Assembly (NCBI RefSeq): GCF_001194135.2
Contig: NC_068986.1
Location: 91,580,800 to 91,644,799 of the forward strand
DNA from: Octopus bimaculoides
Lineage: Eukaryota
DNA length: 64,000 bases
Direction: 5' to 3'
The notes beneath the pieces are model-generated. The model saw nothing but the letters and a program-made list of their open reading frames with translations, was not told the origin of the DNA and searched no databases. This document shows, one piece after another, positions 28,601-40,600 of the stretch. The stretch's first letter is position 1. Every line of letters begins with the position of its first letter. A program made the position numbers and the translations under genes.

Positions 28601-31600
28601 CCCTCAATTGGATCAACATTTGGCAAACTTCCCTCTTCCCATTCATTCTCTACATTCAGCAGTCTTTCATAATGGCAATTCCAAGCTTTTTCTTTGCAGA
28701 ATCATTAGTAGATTTTAAAGTAATCAAACAAGCAAAAACTGGCACACTAGAGTTTTGATGGCAGTATATTTTATAATAATAGTAAAAGTGTCCAACTAAC
28801 AATAGTCAGAGTTGTTGCTTATATTCTATACTCAAAGAATAAAACCTGCCCCTCCACATACCCAACAAACAAATTATCTTTGCTGCGAGAAAAGAGAAAA
28901 ATAATTTATTTAATGCATACCGATCCTGAGGAAAAACTTGTTTATATTCAGAATGAAAGAATCTCTGTAAAATGTTGCCCAAGAATTTGCCCCACCATGG
29001 CTGGGTACCACAGACACGGACCAACAGCATCCCAGTCAAGATTTGGATACGTTTGGTACCAGAGATACACATGTGTCGGAACAGTGCTTCACAGGTTGGT
29101 GGGCTTAGACTGGTCAGAAGAGAAACAGAGAGTTGTGGGGCAGCAGAGGATCCATTTGTAGTGCTAATTAGTGTCTCTAACAGACATTCCAGAAGGAAGC
29201 GAAGCTTATCGGTCGATGCTTTCTTTAACTGTTCATTCAAATCTGTACACTCAGAATCTACAAAGAAAAACAAAAAACAAAAAGTCACAATTTGACAATT
29301 TCAAGTGTTCACACATTTCTCAAGTTCATTTGTAAAATACGTGTTAAAATAAGGGCTGACTGAACCTATGGAGTATCAAAATACAGGCCAGAGTCAATTG
29401 GAACCAAGTCCAAAATCAAGATACCTAATATGAACTGGTTCAGTTCACTTATTTGTAATTAATTACCACATATTAAAATAGCTCTGTTGTAAGGAGGAAA
29501 AAAGAACACTGTATAATTAGCATTTTTTAAACCTTCATTACTATATTCAAGCCATCCTATAAAACAGCAACAGGAGCTTAGCATTAGACCAGAGTCCCAA
29601 ATCATCAATGTTACCACTGAACAGTGGTCCTAGTTCTGGCTGTAGGTTACATATAAAAGATGATGTGTAACAGCCTATCCATCCTAAGTTGAAATTATCA
29701 TGCATTTCATCTCTGAATACAAGACATTGATCTATTTTATCTCTGAATACAAGACATTTATTTTACCTATTGCACTGTGGAATCAATTCAGTCAAACACA
29801 ACATTCCCCTATAAATCCCCAGGTCAAAAAAATTTGATAAAAATTGAATCTAATGGTTACCCTTTTTAATAACAGAGAGGCCAAGACCACGCTGCAGTCT
29901 GTCAATAGCATGGTGGCATAGATTCAGCTGTAGTTGTAGTTGCAAGCAATCATTATAGATGCAAGTGATTTTGTCATCAACATTTTTCTTGGGATTCTTT
30001 TGCAGAAAGCACTGGACATGGTCACTTGCTGACTGGGATGCAAGTAGAGAGGTTAGCAATGTATCAAGCTGAGTTTTTGTCAAGCTGTAACGACACTGGA
30101 TGTCTTCGAGCAACGAAAGAAACAAGCCAAGCTGTGAGAGTATCATCTGCTGCTGTTGTTGATGCTCCTGTCCTGAGGAAGGGGCTGCTGTCGATGAGGA
30201 TGCCTGATTGCTGCCAGACACTCCGCCATGGTGTTCAAGATAGCTGTTCCACTCCCATGGAAAGATGAAGCTGTGTCCATAGAAAGAACCAACAGGAATC
30301 TTTGATCTTGTTGCACTGCCTCCATATCGACCAATCGTGGTTATCTGAGGAAGTGCAGAATAATAAAGACATATATATAGAAATTATTTCTCATAGCTCC
30401 AGAATAAGAAACATTAAGCGGCCGTTACATACAACATTTTACATTCATTATTTCATACTAACATTTCCACAAGTATCAATATATTTATGAATTATCAGGC
30501 AACAGTTTTCATAGATATTATAGAACTAACATTTTTTATACTTTTATAAGATGTCCATTATGATATCATTGCAAAAATAAAGAAGCTTGCAGAATTATAG
30601 GTTTTATCTAGGGAAATCTTTTAACATCAATGACTTTTTTTCTATTATAATGAAGATTAATTGCAGCAGTGCTTATACAATTTTAGTCTCTCTAAAATTG
30701 AGGGGATAGTTGGGACGAAGTGTTCAGTTTGAATTCTTCCCAGTTGAATGGTCAATGGGAAACATTAGCCCGAAGGGAAGTTGAGTAATAAGTTGTTCAG
30801 AAAAGAAAGACTTAGGTCAATGTTTAACACAAGGTTTGGAAGATAAGTTAGAAATTGGAAGTTAAGGAGGAGAGATAAGTACAACACATTTCAGGAAGAT
30901 TTAGTATATAATACCACTTTTAATTTAGATATAAGTGATAAAAAGCATAAAGAGCATCCAGCTGCAAAAATGGTTACACTAACAAACCACCATCCTACCA
31001 TGTTAATATAGAAAAACAGATATATAGTGAAAAAATAATGAAATGATGCCATAAATAGTAAAGACAATTACCTTGAGATAACGACAAATTGGAGGTGGCA
31101 TGATGTTATTCATAATAAGTGATCGGATGCCAATATCAGAGGCTATCACCAACCTCTGACCATCAGTTTCTTCACTCTGCACCCATACATCTATTGATAG
31201 TGATGCCAGATCAGCACAAGCAGGAATGATCACATCGGTCAGCAGAACAGGTTTGCCGAGATCCAAAATGACAAAGCGCCGTGCACCTGTTAAATAAGAA
31301 ATTCAAACATCACACATTTATCACCTGAGTAGTTTCTTCTGCAGTCACTTTTATAATGTTCTCCAATGCACCTAAAACCAACCAGTGGCCCACCATTTTA
31401 ACACACCTGGCCACACCAGTGAATCTATTCTTTCTAAAATTATTTATATGACTATTTGTACTTGTGTCAGATGAAAACAAAGAAAGAAGTCATGATGTTA
31501 GATCTCAAAATGCTGAAACATTTCACAACTTAAGACAATAACTTCAGCAGTCAGGAATATACTGGATAGCTGAGCATTCCTGCCATCAAGGAATGTTGGT

Positions 31601-34600
31601 TATTTGATGTAACAACACTGCCGATGAATTGTGAGATAATTTATATAAAAGCAACACACAAAAGACAAGCTAGATAAAGAAAACAAAAACAAAACAAAAG
31701 AATACCTGAATGCATCCTTTCTACAACAAGGACTTGAGGAGAAGGAGGCTGCAACAGGTGTGGTAGTACCATCTGGACCCGTTGTTTGTTGTCAGATTTT
31801 TCAGTGTTTTGATTCTGAAAATTCAACAGAACGAAACATTAGGGGATGTGATGAAATGGATTCATGAAATACAGAAAAGATTTCATTATTGGAAAATTAG
31901 AAACTGGCATTGCAAACTAACAAATTACTAGCAGAATTGACAGAATATCAAAATGTTTTGAGGTGTTTAGCTGTGTGCCATCATGATAAAAGAAATAGCG
32001 GTTCAGAAATTTAGAATATATAAAAAAAGGTAAACATAACTAACTTACTTTATCTCCCAGGAGAGAAGGCACTTTCACATAAAGTGGTCCGTTGTCACTT
32101 GGGACACCAGCTGATAAATACGGAGGGCCTGTGGCTGGCCAGTTTTCATTGGGTGGAGACAAAGGAGGTGTCATAAATAAGGGAGTGGTTTTTGGATTTT
32201 GGGCCTGCTGCTTGAAAGCTTGATCACTGGAGTTGTTTGCAGCAGGTTTGACCGTTTTCAGTACTGTGCTGAGCAGCTGCTTGATAGATTCAACATCCTT
32301 CTTAGACTGTTGTACTTTAGTTGCCAGTTGCTGCACTTGTTGCTCAGCCATTGCAAGAGAGGAAGGTAGTGATGCCATAGTGGCCCCTGTTGTAGCTACA
32401 TTTGACAAACTCTCACCAAAGTTCACGGTACCAGACAAGCCAGAAGAACCAACAATAGGTATGCTACTGGAGCCTGATGGACCAGAGTCAAGTCTTTCCA
32501 TTTTGGTTGAGTCACTTGTAGCGTGACATGTGAAGTGCAGTGGTTCAACTTCAAGAAGGCCAAGAATATTGTGCCGAAGGTACTCTGATGGGAACTTATC
32601 ACACTGTTTGTCAGATAACTGGTTGAATAAATCATAATAGTCCATCTCATCTTGCTGTGGAGGAGGTTGAAAGCTCTGTGCTGCAGGAGTATTTGTTGCA
32701 GCAGCACTTGCATATGTGTATGGTGATGATGACTGTCGCAAACTGTTAGCAGGGTAGATGTCAAAAAGATCTGGATCGAATGGATGTCCCTGCAGTCCAT
32801 ACCTACAAGTAAATACAGTTTAATTATAATGGGAATATGACAATGACTTCATCTAAACTACTACAGCTTTATTGTCACAGGGAATGAATTAGTCTAAAAA
32901 TTAGATGATTGGGCTGCCTTTAACTTATAAACACACAAAGTAAATATAAAACATTTCAAGTGATGTAAAGCCATAAGTGCAGTAGTTATTTGTTGAAACT
33001 AAACAGACATTTGTTGTAACTCGGAAAAAAAAGAATGAATTCTATTTGTTTTCAATTCCTCTCTTTATGATTGACAATACCCTCACCTACAAATACTACT
33101 TTACTACATCTCCCCACATCTCTATCTCTTGAAGCTACCGCCTGACTGGCCCTCGTGCCAGTGGCACATAAAAGAACCCACTACATTCTCTGAGTGATTG
33201 GCGTTAGGAAAGGCATCCAGCTGTAGAAACTCTGCCAGATCAGATTGGAGCCTGGTGCAGTCATATGGCTCACCAGTCCCCAGTCAAATCGTCCAACCCA
33301 TGCCAGCATAGAAAGTGGACGTTGAACAATGATGATGATATATATGAAACAGTTTTCACCACAACTGTCCAATGAACAGGAACATGAAACTGAGTAATAG
33401 TTTTGTGATAATTTTGCAGCTTTAATAAAAGCATATTACTCTACCTTTGGTATTCAAGTACTATTTTTCCCACCTTGTTTTGCACTCATGTGCTCACCTC
33501 TGTATGTGTGTATATATGTATACACACACACAATATTTAATCCATATTTGTTAGTCCAAAAAATACACTTTGTCAGATAAACAATTATGGATTAACTACT
33601 TTATTCACTCTCAGACTTTTTTGAGTACTTTATAAGTGGCCAGACACGACTTCATTTGAACTTGTCACTTCCTGGAATGAATACACATGCACACACTCAA
33701 GTACATTTAGACATGTACATAAATACATGCACTCACACATAATCATGCTGAACATTAAATCAGTAATATACAAACAGTAATTATTATTTCTAGTTAAATA
33801 TAACAGCATGTGTTTAACATTGCCAATAAGACTACTACAATGCAGCTGCTTTAAAAATTTATCAAGTATTAGGAGAAAAGTCAAGCTATAAGTTGATACA
33901 GAAATGTCTTAACTATGACCTGGCATCCATTTACAAATGTCAGTGGCATAATGAATAAATAGGCTTTATTATTATTAGTAGTTTAGGATCAATATTTCCT
34001 GGTTTTGAAAAATCTCTATAGTCCAAACCAGGAACATGTTGATAACAATCAGGTCAAATCAATAGATCTAAATAATAAAAAAAAAATAATTAAAAAAAAA
34101 ACATTTCAACTCTAACAATGAGGTTAGTAGTTCAAATCAAACCACACCAATGAAAAACCAATGAAAGAAATGTGTTGAATCTAGCCATAGAAAACTGGTT
34201 GATATTACAACATGAACCCATAGAGTTCATGTATGTTATAGAAATATATGTAAATATATGGGTAGGCATTTGTGCTGTCTTGTGTGTACATAACATACAC
34301 ATATATATGGTTGTGTGTTTGCGTTATCTTGCGTGTCTATATGTGAGTGTATGTTTATTTTAATATGTTTGTGTACGCATACACATCAAAGATTACTATG
34401 TGTATATACATCAAAAAGTATTATGAGTAAATACTGAGAGAAAGAAAAGAAGTGCTTACCGAGCTTTTAGCAGTGAATGCAAAGGTATATCCCTGTTGTA
34501 ATAGCACTTGGCTACTTTTGTAAGCATACTGACACATTTCTCAGCCACAAGTGAATCATTCATTTGCTTCACTATGTTGAGCAGTGTGAAGAACCAACGC

Positions 34601-37600
34601 AGTGCCCCAGCTGAGTAGCCTGATGGTAGGAGAGGAAGGCACTCCAGTAAAGCCTGCAGTAAACTGTAGCTGAATGATGGGGTGACATCAGGATCAGAAC
34701 TGCTTTTGCATAATCTAAAAGAAAAATGTGAGAAAAAAAAAAACATTATGAGTTTATTATAAAATTGGATATAACACCTAGTTAATGTCAAGGAATATTA
34801 AGTATACATAAAAACTTCCAGCACTAGATAGGTTGCAAGATTGAAGAGCCTTCACTATTTTAAGTCATCTCTGTTCATTCAAGACAGCAAGACCAAGAAA
34901 GGTTGAATAGAATAATGGAGTAATGAGGGTGAGAGGGTGAAAGGGACTGGTGGGATAAACAGTGACAGGAAGAAGAAAAGAGTGAAAGCATAATTTACAT
35001 ACTTTTTAATTGTTCTATTACAATTTATTTTGTCTTTCAGTCAATAATATAATTAGTTCAATGTATTTATAGTACTATGCTAACACATTTGGCAAAGAGA
35101 CTTGGCATTCCTGAACCATATCCTCATATTCCAACAGAAAGCAAATCTTTTACATTGAGGTCTCAACTGGAATCATGGAGGTTTGGTGAGAACAAACAGT
35201 TTATTTGGTGTGGAAGTAACACCAGATAATCTAGAAATTCATTCTTTAGTTTAACAGTTATGTCAGTGTAATCTCTTCCGTTGAGCCCGGAACATACTTC
35301 CTTCTCTTCAATAGGAAACTTCCACTGACAGCATTTTTTCAGCCAACACTTATCACATTGTCAACTGAACTGTGTTCACACACACACACCAGAAGTATCA
35401 ATAGCAATGCAGGTTGCCCGATACATTTTCACCAACTTAATCATTGTCACATGATTAAAATATGAGATCTAGAGCTTAGTTTCACTTTCGTGATGTGAAA
35501 TAGAGCAGTAGTCCATACCCCGTAGCATTCCCATTAGTGAAGGCACATGGCCTAGTGGTTAGGGGGTTGCTCTCACAATCACAAGATCATGATTTCAATT
35601 CCCAAACCAGCTGTGCATTATATTCTTGAGCAAAACACTTCATTTTATGTTGCTCCAGCCCACTCAGTTGTAAATGAGTAACCTTGTGATAGATTAGCAT
35701 ACAAGGGTGAGGTGGTAACTCAAGAAAATTGCCAGAACAGAGGTCTTGCGAGCCACATTTTTTTAAGTAATCGAAAGGATGAATAGTACAACCTGTACTG
35801 TGAATGCCAATTTGTTAGGATTGGTTGTTCAACCACTTTGAAGGATAATGATGAACATTCTCATGCGAACAAGAACCTATTTTCGATATGCTGAGACCCC
35901 CTTCGGTCATGACTGACCATGGGATTGCACCTAGAAAGTTACCCTACCATGCACAAGTCTGGGCAGTGATGTTTATGGAAGACCAGCAGTCGCCCATGCA
36001 TACCGGCCTCCCCTCTCCACGCCAGCAGTGTTATCCAAGGGAAAGGCAAAGGGCTGATACAGCTTGGCACCAGTGACGTCGCAACTCATTTCTACAGCTG
36101 AGTGAACTGGAACAATGTGAAATAAATTGTCTTGCTCAAGATCACAATACGCAGCCCAGTCTGGGATTCGAACTCACAACCTCACGATCATAAGCTCGAT
36201 GCTCTAACCACTGAGTCATGCGCCTTCACATTTTCAACATATAAACTGAAGAAATGCACAAACAAAGTACCAACAGTAGATTCGACCCATGAACATGTAC
36301 TTCCAAATCTTAACCACTTGATATTGTATAACTAAAGATAAGACAAAATATTTTAGTTAGCTACACAGCAATGACAATAGCAATAAGTACAATACTTACT
36401 CCATACAAAGGACTAGTAAGCGTGAAGCTTTGTGAGCAGTTGTTCTCGTACCATGAATGAAACAAGCTTTCACCAAACTTAATAATTCTTTCTTTACAGT
36501 AACAAGCACAGTACAGTCTGGAATCCTGTGAAGAACAAAGAAAATAAAAAGTCAATCATCATAATTTAATAACCATAACTTAATCTGCTTTACAAAATTA
36601 GCAGAGGAGAAAAAAAGGGTATTCTGAAAGTATTTTTTACATTAAAATTTACATATACACTATGTCGATTACATATAAAACAGGTTCTAAATATTGATAT
36701 GTATGACATTATAGACAAACAGAAGGTCAACATCTACAGAAAATATCCTATCCAGAAGAGCCAAGAAGGAGTTCAAGTCAATGAGGGAACCTGCACGAAA
36801 GAAAGAGCTATTATGTGATTGCAGAAATAGCCGTTAAACACACTGGAAAATGTAGTCAAAGATACAAGATGGTGCAACTATCTTGTGGATGGTTGAAACT
36901 GGAAAGCTTTTGATCATAATTTTACTGGGTTAGGACTACCAATCAGAAATATGGAGTATGGGTAGCAACGCTGACACACAGACAGTTCCTGATGCAAATG
37001 TATTCCATCTAGAAAGATTTAATTTAATCAATGCCTGCCCGTATCTATAAATTGTCCTTACTTTCGACTTGGATCATTCATCTGTACAGCTGTCACCCAA
37101 CACAAGATATCAAGGGCAAGGTTCTCATGATGGTCTTCACTTGTATGGATATGATTCTGGTTTGGATTGGTCACTGCACAAAGGAGGTTCTCATGAAACT
37201 CGGCTGATTCAATCATCATATTCCGATGCCACCTGTTAAATGATTACAAAAGAACAAAAAGTGGATCAGGGTCCAAACAACTGGTATTGTTTTATGACAT
37301 TTTATGACTTGGAAGTAAATCAGAGAGAGAGTAAAAAGAGAAAGTATAAGAGGGAGAAAGGCATGAGCATATTAAAACATTTTACTTCAACACAAAAAAC
37401 AAAAAACGGAATTTTGCCATTTTCTCAGGTTGGTATGAGTTGAATAGATCTAATGTCCAGGTCATTGCCATTTGTTTTAAGTCTTCCATCACTCCAGCTG
37501 TGTGGTCAAACATCCCAAGAACTGACCTCACACTATGTTATAAAATATTAAGTTTTCTTTACAGCTTTGAGAGATAGCAAGGCTAGTTATAGGGTTTCAA

Positions 37601-40600
37601 TTTTATGGCACTTAATGGATAATAATGATCTTCTGATATTCTCTAGCAATTAAAAGACCTGATATTTATAGACTTTTGCTGTGAGGAAAAAGAGAGGGTT
37701 AACGCTTTGGATAGGACCACAAAAGGGTTTTGTCTAAATCATTAGAAGGGTCTTCTTCAATTCTAGTTTGCAAAATTGAATCAATTATATTGCCAATTCA
37801 AGTCAAAGTAATTTATTCAATTTGCAAAACTATTTGTATTTATTGTTTGCCAACACAGAAAATGACTGGCTCTTAGTTTTCCTCTAGACTACCTAAAGAC
37901 AAAAATGAAATGTGCTGCAGAATTGAACCAAAGATCACATGGCTCACTGTTCAATACCATATTCACTTAAAAATACCTTTAACACACAAGTCAAAGACAC
38001 CACCTCTACACAGTTGCTATATCTACTAGATAAAGCAACTGTGTAGAGGCTCGCAGCTTTGTCATTAAATGAAGATTTTATCAAATATTTCCATCTTCAC
38101 TACAATGTTCCAAGAATAAAACACCTGAAGACAACTGGAGATCAAACCAATAAAAACAAAGTGTAGATAAATTCCGTAAAATGTTCATCATTAAAAATGA
38201 AAAGTTAATAATAATAATAAATGAAGTTAATATAATATTATCTTATTAACTCTTCTCAGCTATTTCAAACATTTGAATCTTTCTGACAATTCAGACCATA
38301 TCAAGAAAATAAAAACACTGCCTGCAGTGATCAGGAGGTCAAGGGTATATTCATACAGAAACTATGGTAGGTGAGACTAGTCAAAAAGAACAAAAGCTTA
38401 GTCAAAACTTGAACGTTGGCATCATTAAGCCAGCACCTTGAGTATACGGTCATCACTTAGCATAATAAATTGGATGTAAAGAAATCAATTTGACCATCAG
38501 AAAAGAAATAACAAAATGAACAAGAAAATAATGTTGTGGGTCTCACCTTTCTTTTGGAACACGAGTCTTTTTAGTTTTCCGTACAGTGATAGATAGTTCT
38601 TGGATCCAGTCACAGCCTTGAATATTCTCCAGCTTCATTTTTGGAGCAGAAGACACTCGCTCAGTAGTGTTAAATCCTGGATATGGAATGTTATCAAATA
38701 AAGATTTGATGGATTTCACTTTCTGTTTGTCAAACATTGTCGTGTTGTTCAGAGTTGTGGATTTCTTTTTGTTTTCAGACGCCTAACAAAAGATAACACA
38801 TTTAAACATATCACACTGAAAGATGAAGAAATTAATAAGTATTAGATTTTTTTCCTGACACAGTTGCAAAATTAAAATTCCACTTTCGTCTATTTTATTT
38901 GTGCATATACAGACATTTATGTATATCTATAAATGTGCTTGTTCATTTTATTTCATACTAGCAACATAATCGTTTAATGTCCACCTTCCATGCATGCATG
39001 GGTAGGATGGTTCACAGGAGCTGGCCAGGTAGAAAAACTACCCTATGCTACTCTGTCTGTTTTGGCGGGGTTTTCACAGTTGAATGCCCTTCTTAACACC
39101 AACCACTCTGCAGTGTGGACGCAGTGCTTTTTACATGGCACTAGCACATGCAAAGTTAGTTTTGGTAGGATTTTTACAGCTGGATGCCCTTCCAAATGCC
39201 AACTAATTTACAGTGTGGACTGGATGCTTTTAACATGGCACAAGCACTGGCAGGGTAACCAAGTAACTCACAAGACATGGTTGGAAGATTATATATTGAG
39301 GTACTGTTTTACAGCCACATGCCTCTCCTGTTGCTAACCTTTATTTTTCAAGTAAGAGACTTTTCGTAAAAAGTGGGTGTACATACACACAAGGCCTCAA
39401 AAAGCACTTTTATGCCTGTGTATGTATGTGATGTGCAACCTATTGGAGCATTTGTTTTTACAGAAGAATGACTTTCTAATTACTCTAAATTAATTGGCAA
39501 CTGAGCAGAGAAAGTGTAAAGTTGACAGGACCTTTTAGTCCTGTCTTGTCATGGAAGCGTCAATCTCTCCAGGACTGGTACTACAAGAAAATGCACTCAG
39601 TACACTCCATAAAGTGGTTGGCAATAAGAAGGGCATCAAGTTGTAGAAAGCAAACCAAAATGATAAGTATGGGTACCAGTCTATGAGAGCAATAGCACCC
39701 TATAAATGATTCAGATTAAGACAATTCATCCAACCCATACCAGCATGGAAAGTGAAAGATGATTACAATAATTATTACCTGAGTTTTATCTGGAGAATCT
39801 TCTCCTTTGGTAAAGAACCCTTTGATGTGCAAAAGGAATGACCGAGATTTAGAGTTGAGCAGCTGGGGGCTGGTTAAGGTAACCAAGGCACTGCTACCTG
39901 ACAAATCAAGACATGAAGACACCGGTAAAGGTCCACACAAAATTTCTGCATTGAGCATTTCTAAGAATAGGGGATCCAGCACATTATTCACTTCAGACTT
40001 CCCATTAAAGGTGGAATCATTCAAGAGATTAGGCCTTGGGTGTAAGTTGAAATCAAGTTTTTGGTCCACTTCAACAACAAAGGGTTTAGGGTCTATTGTC
40101 ACAGAAGACACAAAGTCTGAAGTTGTTGGATTTTGCGATGTAGCAGTAGATAAATTCAAACCATTTTTAGCACCGGTGGTGGTGGTGGTTGGGGTGGGGG
40201 TTGTAGTGGAAGTGGAGGTGGTGGTGGTGGTGGTTGTAGACTCCTTCTCTGACAAGGTGGAAGTTGAAGTATCTGGGGCAGCAGGAGGCTGTTGTTTCCC
40301 TATGTTGCCTATGTTCTGTTTGAGGAGTGTCACTTGGATATTCGGAAGAGTGTTGTACATGTTCATGAGGAGGGTAAACTTGACGTCTATATGACCCACT
40401 GTACAAGGCCTTGGAAGGACTAGTTCAAACAAATGTTCATCCCATGTATTGCTGCAGAAACAAAAGAAATGGAATAAGACAGACAAACAGACCATGTTTA
40501 ATCTTAAAACATTAATCAACATGATGGACATAAACCACAAACCAAATTTAGTGACAAATCACAAACCTTGTTTCAGTTTAAATACTTTACAGCATATACA

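Noticed and set aside
29706-29758. 20-bp direct duplication atctctgaatacaagacatt (similar imperfect duplication at about 61400-61545)
   Set aside because: Ordinary local slippage duplication with no further structure.
36140-36230. tRNA-like sequences (also 43250-43325, 58965-59040, 4757-4850)
   Set aside because: They have A/B boxes but no complete cloverleaf and continue into repeated SINE bodies, so they are SINE heads rather than tRNA genes.
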